The position numbers and the translations under genes were made by a program. This document shows, one piece after another, positions 15,288-29,974 of a stretch of DNA of 64,000 bases (the first letter of the stretch is position 1; the number at the start of each line of letters is the position of its first letter). The notes beneath the pieces are model-generated. The model saw nothing but the letters and a program-made list of their open reading frames with translations, made no database searches and was not told the origin of the DNA. Location: assembly GCA_000182565.2 (NCBI GenBank), contig KQ257468.1. One strand, written 5' to 3'. This DNA comes from Spizellomyces punctatus DAOM BR117 (lineage: Eukaryota).

Positions 15288-18200
15288 ATGCAGTCTCTAT
15301 TTTCGTCTCGGAAAGAGCGCAAACGGGAACAACAGTTAAGACTGGCTCCAGCTGCTGCCAGTGAAGATGCTTCCCATTTGCCACCAGAGTATCTTTCTAT
15401 TTTCGCACTTTCAAAGTCTTCCCCGGGATTGTTCCTTTACGTTGCGCTCTCTATCCTGTCATGTGGCATTCTGGCATTGGTGGGACGATGGTATCCAGAA
15501 GTGCGAGTTCGGTTGATGCGGAAACGCGCGCAAAGTTTCCGGGAGGCAGAGTTTGTGATTGTAAAAGGACGAAACGGTCGCTGGACAGAGATTGAAGTAC
15601 GGCGGGATATGGGGCTTCAAATGTTCCAATCAAGCGGGACAGATGATAAGAGCGTAGTGGAGGAAAGAGCGATGATTTGGTTCGAATATAGAAAACAGAG
15701 ATACATCTATCGAGAGGCATTCTCTTCGTTTCAGGTAAGAATCAAGCCCGCGTGATGGGGATATGAATGATACTGGCAGAAACCGTCAGGCATCTGGATA
15801 ATTTTTCAGCTTATGATGCAACTGGGCAATGTCTGTTCGAATCATTGATACCGATTCATTTCCCTTCGTTCAGCGCCACAATCCTAGACTGAGAAAATCA
15901 TGTATGGAGATACACCAGCTACGCGGTGGTCTATCTGAAGAGGAAGCCTCAGTCTGTTTAAATCAGAATGGCCCCAATCACATTGATATTGACGACCTTC
16001 CCATTATCAACATGTTACTGGACAAGATCATCCATCCCTTCTACCTATTCCAAGTCTTGTCAGTCATTGTCTGTGAGTGCATTTGCCGGTAGCAGCAGCG
16101 CCTAGCATGCGTAACCTTTCTTTAACCGTCCACTTTGGTTATTGACAGGGATGCTTGAAGCATACTACACTTACGCCCTTCTCATATTAATCATGAGCTG
16201 CTCGTCAATCGCCTGGGAGCTGTATTCTGCGAAACAGAATGAGAAGAATTTACGCAATCTGGTGAAGGTCGAACATATTTGCAGGGTAATACGCGATGGT
16301 CGGACGGTGGAGGTACCTGCAGCGCAACTGGTTGTGGGGGATGCGGTAATACTGGAAAACATCCGAGGGGCTCCGGTGGTAGCCGACATGGCTTTGGTGC
16401 AAGGAGAATGCGTTGCCGATGAGTCAACTTTGACTGGAGAGTCAATCCCCGTTGTCAAAACGCAGTTACCATTCGTCGATGCTCCTGGAAAGGTTTACTC
16501 TCCAGATCGGCACAAGAGCAACACCCTTTTTGCAGGTTGATAATCTTATGCGGAGCTGATGATTGACCATTCGGTGCTGATTGCTGCGTTTAGGGTCGGT
16601 CATTGTGGAGGTTAAGGTTAAGTGCGATGTGATGACTGCGACGAGCCCTAGAAATCTTTTTGGAGAAGAAGAGCCACAAAGTGCAATTGCCATTGTGACA
16701 TCCACAGGGTTCGCTTCCACGAAGGGCGAATTATTTCGTTCAATCCTTTTTCCGGATCAGATTGTGAGAACCTCATCTTTCATTTTCAGTTATACCTCGT
16801 ATTAACACCCCCTCTCATACCTACCTTAGGAATTCAAATTCTACCGAGATGCCTACAAGTTCTTGGCCATCCTCGGCATGGTCGCGGTGGCAGCCTTTAT
16901 AAATAGGCTGATCTATGGGTAAGTCTCTCACTTCTTGATTTTAGGCATCTGTTGATCCATATCAATCACCGGGACAAAGGTTACGGAATAGGTTACCCTC
17001 ACATGCGATTGTACTGTCTTGTCTGGACCTCATCACCATCGCAGGTGAGCTATGGAAAACTTGAATTTTTCTCAAAGCGCACGCGGTAATCGATGTCATC
17101 CAGTTCCCCCCGCGTTGCCTCTGATTTTGACAGTCGGCATTGGATTTTCTCTTGACCGTTTGAAAAGACAGTCCATATTTTGTATCGATCCCGAGCGAAT
17201 CAACCTAGCTGGTCGTGTCAACATTATGGCTTTCGATAAGACGGGGACCCTCACAGAGTCTTCCCTGAGATGGGTTGGCATCGAGGCAGCCAATGATGGA
17301 ATGTTTGTTGGGTTTTCCAACAATACAGGCGGGGAGTCCAGAATGGAACGAGTGCTCGCTACATGCCATGGTATCAACAATGTTCATGAACGGCTTGTCG
17401 GGCACCCTGTGGACGTGGAAATGTTCCGGAAGACAGGTTGGAGCCTAGACCAGAGGGAGCAGTCTACCTATATCAACGGACAACCTGTACCACTAGCGGC
17501 AGTCATTGTGCCCCCAGAAGCGGACAAATCCACATATCACATCCTTAGACGTTTCGAATTTGATGCTCATCTTCAGAAGAGTTCGATAGTTGCGATAGCA
17601 GCCGACGGCGCGAGTCTCTTTTCGTGCACGAAGGGCTCTCCAGAAGCAATTCGAAATATATGTCGACAGGAGTCCATTCCAATGAATTTTCATGCGGTAT
17701 ACAGGCGCTATGCTGCCCAAGGATATTACATCATTGCTTGCGCAACGAAAGAGCTGACGGGCATTCTGTCTGATGAGCCGACACCCAGTGAAATCGCGAA
17801 TTTGCGACGAGAACAGGTGGAAAGAGACGTAATGTTCGCGGGATTCTTATTGCTTCAAAATCAAGTGAAGGAGGAGAGTGTTCCTACAATTGCGATGTTA
17901 AGAAAAGCTCACATTCGGTCAATTATCATGTGAGTAGCTGTAAGTGCGTTGTGTTTTTGCTCAGATTCAGCTTGCTCAACTGCCACTGAGCAGCACAGGA
18001 GACAACGCATTGACAGCGATTCATGTGGCTCGTCAGCTGGATCTCTGCCATAAAGTCCTGCTCATTGACGTCCATGAAGACAACGTTGTTTTCACACAGG
18101 TGCAAGACGAACCTGACATTGAGACAATGAGCCTGCACAGTGCCACTCCACGGCGACACGTTAGTACTGGGTCCTTATCCAGTCGCCAACGTCCTGAGGA

Positions 18201-19890
18201 ATTTGCACAAGCTGCTAGTGCTCCGGATGCAACCGACGACGAACGCAGTCACCCTATTGAAGATCTGACAAGACATTTGACTCATGTAATGGATCAAGTG
18301 GACATTGCAGTCACCGGTGCTGCCCTCGACGCTATCATTGGGAGATACGAAGCAACATTTGCGAATTGGCTGGCAGGCCGGGCGAGGATATTCTCGAGGA
18401 CAAAGCCCAGTCAAAAGACCTGGATTGTGGAACGTTTGAAACGGCAAGGAAATTATGTTGGTATGTGTGGGGACGGCACCAATGATTGTGGAGCTTTGAA
18501 GGCTGCGCATGTTGGATTGGCGTTATCGGATGCAGAAGCTTCAATAGTGTCGCCTTTCACGTCTGCACGGAAGTCGGTGTCGGACGTCGAAAAGCTGTTT
18601 AGAGAAGGGCGCTGTGCGCTGGAAACATCCTTTACTGCTTTTAAGGTATGTGAGAAGGTGATATTACTGGAGATGCTGTAGTAACCAACTGGCTTTCGAT
18701 AGTACATGATTATGTATCCAATCATCCAGGTGTTCCTCGTTGCAACCCTGTACCAACTGGGAACTGATATGTCAAACAATCAATTCCTTTTTGATGACCT
18801 CGCAATCGTGCTAGCACTGTCCCTTCTCATGCTATATACTGGTCCTGCCCTTCACCTGGAGCGGGACCGCCCAACCGATGATCTTTTTAGGTTTGTACTG
18901 GTCAATCCGGCGTGTTTAACGAGATCCGATTACTGATAATGAAGGATGCAATAGCCCCATCATTCTGGTTTCCATAGGCGGACAGTTTCTCATCAACGTG
19001 GCCTTTTTCATTGCATGTGTGGCAATGCTGCTCAAGAGCCAATGGTTTTGCTCAGTGTCCAAGGCAGCGGAAGGATTGGACGAGACCTTCCGTCCCATCA
19101 ATAGTACATCAACCAACTTTACCTGGGCCTGCTATCCGTGAGTAAACCAGGGCCGAAAAACACATGAACTCTGTCTAATTTTTGTGATTGAACTAGTATC
19201 GACCCTGTTGCGGACATTCACGACTCAACCATTAGCAAATCTTACGAAAACACTGTTTTGTGGCTATATACGCATTTTCAATTTGCCATTTGCGCTCTGG
19301 CCTTTTCAATTACCAGAACCTACCGTCGACCTTTTTGGACAAACACTCCCTACGCCACGTACTTGCTTTTGCTATTCTGCATTTTGACAGGCATGCTTCT
19401 TTCCTTGGGGAGAGCGGGATCCGGGTACGAATTTATGGCTCGCTTGTTCGATCTCCGGACCGGGGTACCGGATGATTTTCGATTTGCTGTTTGGTGTATA
19501 GCCATGGCAAATCTTGGCTGTGCGCTCATATTTGAAGCTGTCGTAGTCAACGGTTTTGTCCGAAAGTGGGTGGCACGTCAAGAAGATCTAAAAAAGCAGG
19601 CCAAAGATCTGAAACGGGAGCGAAGCGTTGGTATCGGGGTAGTTGAAGATACTGGAATCCTGGACGTACAAACAGGAAGATGGGGAGGTGCCGGTGGATC
19701 TTTTGGGCGAATTATGTCGTTTGGATGGTGGGGTACCATTCCAGAAGAGGATAGAATTAGTCACGAATTTGAGATGAGCCAAGTGGAACGGCATAACCCT
19801 GTTGAGGATTTCTATGATGCAGAAGATGAGAATGTATTCGTAGGAGGAGATTCGGAGGAGAGTCTCAGGCTGGTTGGTGCGCTTCGATAA
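15288..19890 (+). CDS. P5B-type ATPase (ATP13A2/Ypk9-like polyamine transporter family)
   Basis: TGES, P5B-diagnostic PPALP, DKTGTLT, KGSPE, TGDN, MCGDGTND, multiple TM segments. Confidence 0.93.
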
Positions 19891-20062
19891 TATTTATTGC
19901 ACGTTCCCGCCATGAAACTTAAAATTATAAGCTCAAACAATCCTTTTACAATTCTGCTGCCAGCTTTGCTAACAAATGTGTTAAGTAATCTATGACCACG
20001 TGATCGATCGCTAATGCACCAGCCAATCATATTCCTAGCTGTTTTTTTGCAATGCCGGCAGC

Positions 20063-20069
20063 TATAAAA
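20063..20069 (+). promoter_or_regulatory. TATA box of snoRNA host transcript (upstream CACGTG 19997-20002 and GCCAATCA 20022-20029)
   Basis: TATAAAA about 20-25 nt upstream of a pyrimidine-rich stretch that precedes a canonical donor AG|GTGAGT at 20121. Confidence 0.55.
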
Positions 20070-20156
20070 GCAAAGTCCATCGACTCATGTCCTCCTCCTC
20101 AATGTCCTCGAGTTTTACAGGTGAGTTCAAGAGACATATCAAGGCTGGACAGCGTC

Positions 20157-20254
20157 TCGTGGGGATGAGACCAAAAAAGACATTTGCACGTCAGGAGGAG
20201 CCCTCTTGGAGGGTGATGACTGACCAATATCTATACCCAAATTTCTGAACACGA
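20157..20254 (+). ncRNA. Box C/D snoRNA with two 25S rRNA guides (snR72-like and snR40-like)
   Basis: Terminal stem TCGTG/CACGA; C GGGATGA 20162-68; guide ATTTGCACGTCAG 20182-94 + D' AGGA 20196-99; internal stem GCCCTC/GAGGGT; C' GTGATGA 20213-19; guide CTATACCCAAATTT 20231-44 + D CTGA 20245-48. Guides are antisense to conserved LSU rRNA CUGACGUGCAAAU and AAUUUGGGUAUAG. Confidence 0.85.
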
Positions 20255-20534
20255 CAAATATCTTGGAGGGGTGGCAGAGACTTTCAAGGTTCTTGGCTGA
20301 TAAATAAATTGTTGTGTTTATCTAGATCCATACCACGCACTCTAGAAAGCGGTGATGTCTTCACTGGTAAAGGAAGATTGACTGATGAGAATCTTTCGCG
20401 AGGAACGAGCTATTCCTGCGCTCTCACTCAATGGTTCCTTACCAAGTGTCAAGCCACTGCACCGAATGTCACGACGTATTCGATTGTACAAGAAAGCAGT
20501 TAAGGTAGGCTGAGGTTCGTAGTGACTTGGGTCA

Positions 20535-20748
20535 TTGCGCAAGTCGTCGAGGATGAAGTTTTTGTTTCCAATTCGCAGTTTCCACCAAAAGGGCGATTAG
20601 ACCGGGGCTAAATTGCGTAACTATGAGAGGGAACCATCTTGTGTTGTGCTCTTTGCCTTCATGAGACCTTTGCAGTAGCTGCGTGTTTTGGCCCTCCCTC
20701 ATGCTGGTACAAGCACCTTCCTTGGATGTCTGATGACGACTTGCGCAA
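20535..20748 (+). ncRNA. U14: U14 small nucleolar RNA (snR128 homologue)
   Basis: Perfect 14-bp terminal stem TTGCGCAAGTCGTC/GACGACTTGCGCAA; C AGGATGA 20550-56; domain A ATTCGCAGTTTCCAC; domain B CCTTCCTTGGATGT followed by D box CTGA 20730-33. Confidence 0.93.
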
Positions 20749-21301
20749 GGGTGCCTTTAATTGGGTTGTGCTCTGATTCAATCTAATTTGATTTTGGTAT
20801 TTTAGGTAAGAAGGATGTAAGTTTGACTGGAAACTATTGCCAGATAGGGGGGTTGTGAAATCTTGGGATGTATTAATAGTAAACTAGAGATATGAATAAA
20901 ACAATCAGCAGTTTCCAATACAGAATAAACAAAGCAAACTCGCGAGACATCTTTATCGTCGCTACTACATGTCCATACACAGTGAATGTTGCTTCCCGCG
21001 TATTGCATAGCGCGTTGCTGCCAAGAATGCCGATGGTTGTCTGCTGTGAACCACCAGCAGCTGTATTCAGTCGTGCTGGGAGAGTGTTGCCCGTTGCTTT
21101 GACTTTAGGGCCCATGTCCAAAAGTAAAAGGTTCATGAAAGATTGCCCATCAAAGGCTTGCTGCGTGAGTTTGACCGACATGCACGTGACCATTTCTATG
21201 AGCTGTGCCTCCGCAACCCACTTTTGATTGAGCACCTCGAGTCGGCGAGACGCCTACCGACTTTACGCTTTTGCTTGCGATCTCGTGCTGTCAAGGAAAA
21301 G

Positions 21302-22313
21302 ATGTCTGCTCTGGCAATCCTTCGTGCGGCAAGACTTCGGGCTCCGTCCATAATGAAGACTGCTGCCGCTCGAAGTACGTTTTTCATTTCGGCGCATGAT
21401 GACGGCTTGGTATTTTTTTTAAACTTGCTTTGGTACTCTACAGATGCTCCATCCCCACTTTTTTTCCACTCAACGGCACGAGCAGGTATGTTTGCCCAAA
21501 GTCCGACGGACACTATGCGTTGGTTCAATCGGCAATCGGCAAAGCCTATGTTATGGAAACTCACGAGTTTTATCACACAGCGTATGCAACCGAGCAGAAG
21601 CCCCCTACCCAATCCTCGGAATTGCATGAATACGGCCGTTTTATCGTTTCCTGTCTGCCAAAGTACATCCAACAATTCTCCATTTACAAGGACGAACTTA
21701 CGCTCTATGTCGCTCCTACTGCTTTGATTCCCACAATGCTTTTCTTGCGTGACCACACTGCGTGTCAATTCAAGCAGATTGCCGACATTGCGGGTGTAGA
21801 TTATCCCAGCCGCTCCAACCGCTTCGAAGTCGTGTACAACATGCTTTCTCTGCGCTACAACACTCGTATCCGGGTCAAGACCTACGCGACGGAAGTTTCA
21901 CCTGTCCCGTCTGTGACGTCCTTGTTTCCTGGTGCCAACTGGTTTGAGAGGGAGGCCTACGATATGTACGGAATTTACTTTGTGAACCACCCAGATTTGA
22001 GGAGGATCTTGACGGATTACGGCTTTGAGGGACACCCGATGCGTAAGGATTTCCCATTGACCGGATATGTGGAGGTTCGCTATGATGATGAGAGGAAGAG
22101 GGTCATTGCCGAGCCGTTGGAACTATCCCAACACCTTCGTGCGTTTGAATACCAGTCTCCATGGTGCGTAATTTGAACTATAGAGAATTTGAAGCAAGCA
22201 CCCACTCACCGACATTCTTTAGGGAACAAACTGGCCCTGGTGTGCCCCAACCAACACTCCTGCAAAAGAGTGAACCATCTGAGACCCCAAAGGATGCCAA
22301 GCCAGCGCAGTAG
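21302..22313 (+). CDS. NDUFS3: NADH:ubiquinone oxidoreductase 30 kDa subunit (complex I)
   Basis: Arg/Ala-rich presequence; [63 protein letters not shown]. Confidence 0.96.
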
Positions 22314-22670
22314 ATGGGATGTGTGGCACTATGTAGAAGTGGCAAAAATATCTGTTTAAAGACGCGACAGAACGTGCCTGGCGGTCGGATAATACCTGTT
22401 TGGCGGACACTGAACCTTTTGGCGTGGAATGAAGGGTAGTATTTACATATATCTGTCAAAAGAAAGTCATGAACTCATACACTACGCAAAGTGGAGAACC
22501 GCGTCATTGTTCAAAGTTTGATATTTCGGGCAATTCTGCCATAAACCACAGGAATAGGCAATGTTTCTATAGGTGATGATACCATGCGGAGAACAGGTAA
22601 TACGAAAAAGAGGGAACTTCCAACATGTACGCCGTATTTAACTAAAAGGAGTTGAATCTGGGTCGAAATA

Positions 22671-25046
<2,376 letters not shown>

Positions 25047-25172
25047 GGCTGGCGAACCAAAGAAGATATTGGTGGTAAAGATGCGGAGAGGTTGGAGCGT
25101 GGGAATTGAGAAGCTTTGATCATGTAAACATAATTTAACCAAATATGGAAATACAGCAGCATATATCGCGCA

Positions 25173-27855
25173 TTATCGTTGCCCTTCCTCGCCTGCTGGT
25201 ATCCTTCCTTTTCTATAGAAGCGAGTCTCTTCTGGATCAAATCCACCACGTTCATCTCCAACCACACCCCAATCCGGAGTCCTTTCCATATAATCCTCAC
25301 TGGTAAAGGGCTTCCCTTCCCTGATTAGTTCAAAGAACCTGTTATAATCAATCCAAGTCCACCATCCTCCGTCCTTGTAGTATCTCGCTTTATCGGCAAT
25401 CAAAACACTACACGAGTGTTCATGCACACAAGCTACCTCGTACTTGCCACCAAGCCGCTCACACAAGTCCTTGCAGAAAGTCAGGACTTCGTGATGATAC
25501 GGCACATTTTTCATCGTCAAATGCGACGCGCCGGAGAAGCCGCAATATGTTACACCTTTCACTTCAATAAAATCGGGGTTCCCTCGACTAATTAGGGTCA
25601 CGTAAGAATCCAGGGTGCTATCGTTCTTGTCCTTGACCAATGTTAGACGATATACAGTTCTTTGGCCCTACCAAGCACGCTCTCCAAGTCAACATGATGG
25701 GTGAAGTGCTGTTATCGTCATGATGACACACCTTTTTCCCAAGTGCATCAAGACAAGCAAGAAATCGCTCCCAGTAATCACGGAACAGTGGTCGGTCGAT
25801 CTTCTTAAGATCCTCCTTGGTTCCAGCGTCAATGCTCACATACAGCTGGGTGACAGGCTTCAGATTTTCAATAGCGTCTGCCATTGTAACGAAATATATG
25901 TTATTTTTATACGCATCTCACGGTTAATACTCGAATCTTACCTGGAAACTGGGCATTTGTGACAAGGAAGGAGGAAACATTGCGGGAATGCAGAATATCC
26001 ACATATTCATTGATTTTTGGGTACATAATGGGCTCACCTAAGTGATTGACATCGTCGATAAATATGTAATACGACAAGATTCTAACACGAATAACCCACC
26101 GACAAGTGATAAAGCACAGTGTTTGATGGTGAAAGCCTCCTCAAACCGTTCTGGTTTCACGCCTGGTACACCTTTCAACTGCTTGATCATCTTGTAATGG
26201 TTATCCATGGCTCCATCCACAATATCCACAGCATCATCCATTTTCCAGCGCCATTCAGTTCCCTTTGAAAGGCTTCACGTCAGATGCAATCAAACACTAC
26301 TATGACGACTGCAACTTACGACTGGATTTGTATGCTGCCGCCAGCAGAAGACGCATTTGTTGGCACATGCCAACGATGGAGTGGTCTCCATACATCGATG
26401 TGATTCGATACCTAATGATCACGTCAAGAATTAAGACGAATTTTGGAGCATGCATATTTACTGCAATATCAGTTTACCGTAAAAAGTGTGCTTATAGCAT
26501 CCACCTCGCCCACGCAACATTGACTTTGTCCAGCGACATATTTTCACACCACTGTGCGTACCGACGATTTTATACCCTTGTTTCTCCAGAGATTTACGCA
26601 ACATTGGCGTGACCATCTCTTTGATCAATTTCTCTGGCCGCTCTTCAGCATCCTTGGTGCCGATCCTCCTTTTTGGACCTCCTTTATTTGAGCTCAAAGC
26701 AGCTTCCTCTTCAGTTCTCTGCTGTTTCGCGCTCTTTATTTTTGCCGCCATGGCCCCCATATCCTCCAGGTCCATTAGCTCGTCACCACTGCCCGTTGCT
26801 GCCTCCTCTTCCTCCTCTTCGGAACTCTCGTAATCGCCCTCCTCCACAAAATCGTCCAAATTGTCTTCTCCAGCTATAGAAAGGTGATTGGCAACTCCGT
26901 TAATCCGGCTGAGGAAAAGTTTTGTCCATGTGATGAACTGATGTTCCGTATCTACATTAATATAATAGCTTAGAAATACGTTCTCTAGAGTCAGTAGAGG
27001 TCAGCTAAGTAACGAACCATCACTCTTATCTCCCAATGCCAGCGGGCAAATTCGTCTCCCCGCTAGCTCTCCAATCCACTTGTCGACTCTCTTCGCAACC
27101 GTACAATAATTTTCTTCATACACTGAGTCGCCCAATCCGAATACCGCAAATCGCAACGATTTCATACATTGCTTATTCACTCGATGATCGAACCGAGTAT
27201 CTTCCAACCATTGATAAAACCATGCGGCGTCTTCCGTCGGTGATCCTTCGGTGTATGTAGATAAAAAGAATACAACCGGAGATTTCTCGGTCATCAGGTC
27301 CTCGTTCTCGTAGTCAGCAATATTAAGAACCTCGACTTCCTTTACCAACGGAACATTGGCCTCCACAAGTTCTTTCAGCCGGTAGGAAAGTGTGCGGGAA
27401 GTGCGAGTTTGAGTGGCAAAGAGAATTTTGAGTGTGATCCTCTTTTCGTCATCAATCTCTTCCGTATCTTCCCTATCCGGGACATTTTCGATTGGTATCG
27501 CAGTCTCACTGGTGGGGGTTGCCGGTTTGCTGCTTGATTTGCAGCACGATTCTCCAGCATTGGAAGAGCAACAACCTTCATCTTCCTCAACATTGCAACA
27601 ACCACCGGTAACTTCACCAGAAGTATCGCCCTTCTTTGCTCTCCGTTGTTTGGGCCTAGTGGAGTATGACTTGATCTTTGATTGCCCTCCGTTGGCTGTC
27701 GGGTTCACAGGTGTTTGATCTCGGCTTTTTTCCACTTTGGACGGTGATAAAGTCTGTCTATTCACGGTCCACAAAGCAAAGAGAAGCGTCGCAACCAGAA
27801 TCCATGACGGTGCCGACCAAGACGTAACATCCAATAAGGATAAAATGAAAGACAT
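25173..27855 (-). CDS. TYW1: tRNA 4-demethylwyosine synthase (flavodoxin + radical SAM)
   Basis: N-terminal TM, flavodoxin (FATQTRTS, FAVFGLGDSVY), GTHSGVKICRWTKSMLRGRGGCYKHTFYG, CANKCVFC radical-SAM motif, PDFIEVKGVTYCG. Confidence 0.96.
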
Positions 27856-28090
27856 AGTGTGGTCGATCGCTAGTTGGGAAGCGAGACTTGGTTTGGCAAG
27901 GTTGACAAACTTCCAGTGACAAAGTGGCGCGACTGAACTGCGTAAGCAATTGATTGCGCCACAAGTGGATCACACATTCCGATCAATATCACTTCTGGCT
28001 TGTCTAGTAATAGTATTAAATCTTAAAGCATAATCACAAACCACATCAATAGGTCCATTAAATAGGCTCCCAGATTCCGATTAATCCTAA

Positions 28091-29974
28091 TCATACATGC
28101 CCCAATACGACGCAACATCTCAAACTCCTTCCCGCATCAAAGGCATCTCGGTACAGTTTATTTATTCTCCAGCCCCATGATTGTGTCAGTTGGAATTTGT
28201 CGGGCTTGCTTTCCAGGACGTAGCATTTGTCCCCAAAGAAACAGTAGAGCTGAAACCATGTAAGGGTGGTTTTACGCGGATCGATATATGGTGTTGTCGA
28301 GGGTAGCTGGGCATAGGTTGGGTAGGTACTAAATTTAGGGACTGGCACCGGCATGCGTTGACTGCGATTGAACAGGTCAGCTTTGATGAGCGGATATTAA
28401 AGCTACTTAGAGTAAACTTACAGGTAGATCCCGAGCTTGGGCGTTTCGTCGACTGTTACGGTTTGCACATAGATTTGCCACATGGAACTGCACAAATTCA
28501 GGTATGCGAACTGAAAAGCCAGCCCTTAGATGTACCTACCCCGCATAGAAAACACTTCTACTCGCGACCTTCTCTCCACTAGCGATTCTCCTCAGATCCG
28601 AAAATTCCACGCCAAATCGCATGGGACAGAACCTCATTCCTTGATGTACATACAAATTGTCCTCGTCCATGACCTCTGTCAAACGCAGTCCATCAATATG
28701 CCTTGTGTCACTCCTTGGAACGACAGGTTCATCGATGTTGAATTCCATTGTGTCTTCCGTTGCAGACGTAATCATGTGTTGGAGCTCTTTCTGGGTCCAT
28801 GCGGAGCTCTCGAGAAGGTCAGGAAGGTCGATGATGTCTTGCAATTCCGTGTAGCTGTGAATTCGGAGGAGGGAGTCAAAAGGGATGTGGATATAACCTA
28901 TACCCCGAGCCAAGATATTATCATAGATGGTGTCGGAGTCGTCGTCCGCGGAAATTTCATCATCGCTGGGTTGATCTTTGATCGTTGTCCATACATGGCC
29001 TTCCGATTCGGCTGCGCAAGCGGCGGCATCTTCTTTGGTGCATGTTTCTATAGTTCCTTCCAGAGATGCAAGTTGCTCAAACCGCTTTCCGAGCTCTATC
29101 GCTTCATCATCGCGCTTTCCAAGTTCTGTCCTTCTTCTCTCTTCAATGATCTTCACAATGAAATTCCACCGCTGTTCTTCGCTCGGTACCCAAAAGCAGT
29201 CACTCGTCACCATTCTCTCCAGCCACCGCACGGGCATTCTCTCAAACACCGGTCTTAGCTCCTTCCTCGCATATCCCTCCCGACAGAGGTAAGTCAAGCA
29301 CGCCTCAACAATTGTTTCTGAATGTGTACCGTAGCAGTACCCATCTGAAAATAGCAGGTAGTCCAAGACAGTATCAGGTGATAGATCTTCAACAATGAAG
29401 TTAACTGTCATATCGCATAATTCTTTGTCCCCAAAAAACAACGCTGCCGCCAGTACGCTTGGTGCCGAGGTCGAAGTTAGATGAAGCTGTGTATTTCCGT
29501 ACATCCTTCCCAGTACTGTTGTAATGCCTTCCACAGTTACATTGGGATCGTCGATTGCAATCTGCACCTGTCGACTTTCATGCTCCTTCCATGGTCCACC
29601 GTCCAGCATGCCAGCAAAATAAGGATTGTTGAGGAGCACAATCCTGTGGAGGTTGTAAGTCATACCAAGGACTTGGACGGTGAAATCAGAGAATAGACCG
29701 GAGAGGAACCCTTTGCGGAAGAGGGATTCTGATAGCTTCTTGAGTGGCTCGAGGGTTTGTGAGAGGGTCGGATTGGTGGTTGTTGGGGAGCATTTGGGGA
29801 TAGGTAGGGTTCCATGATCTTTCATCACGGATCCAATATTAATTAACAACTTCAATTCATCACAGCAAAGCTAGAGAACATACATTCTTTCACCCAATCT
29901 CTCGTTGCAACATCTATGGCATCCTCCACCTCATCCATAACGATTGAAAGTACATCAGTTCGACTGGTTGACAT
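28091..29974 (-). CDS. BTB/POZ-BACK protein with germ-cell-less-like C-terminus (putative Cul3 adaptor)
   Basis: FSDFTVQVLGMTYNLHRIVLLNNPYF BTB start, IDDPNVT, VLAAALFF; C-terminal RFGVEF...GSMWQIY...SWGW across three exons. Confidence 0.8.

Larger units (their letters stand above)
20085..20930 (+). ncRNA. Non-protein-coding spliced snoRNA host gene
   Basis: Introns 20121-20325 (GTGAGT..TAG), about 20367-20402 and 20505-20805 (GTAGGC..TTTAG). The two long introns each hold a C/D snoRNA. The first spliced ATG gives only MSSSSMSSSFTDPYHAL*. Confidence 0.7.

Noticed and set aside
20873-21235. Overlapping 111-120 aa ORFs on both strands upstream of NDUFS3
   Set aside because: No motifs; they lie in the snoRNA-host 3' region and the NDUFS3 promoter.
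21375-21443. ATGATGA (box C-like) in NDUFS3 intron 1
   Set aside because: No downstream CTGA, terminal stem or rRNA-complementary guide; intron too short.
27924-27962. Inverted GTGGCGC pair upstream of TYW1 (E2F-like)
   Set aside because: Short motif that could occur by chance; no supporting context.
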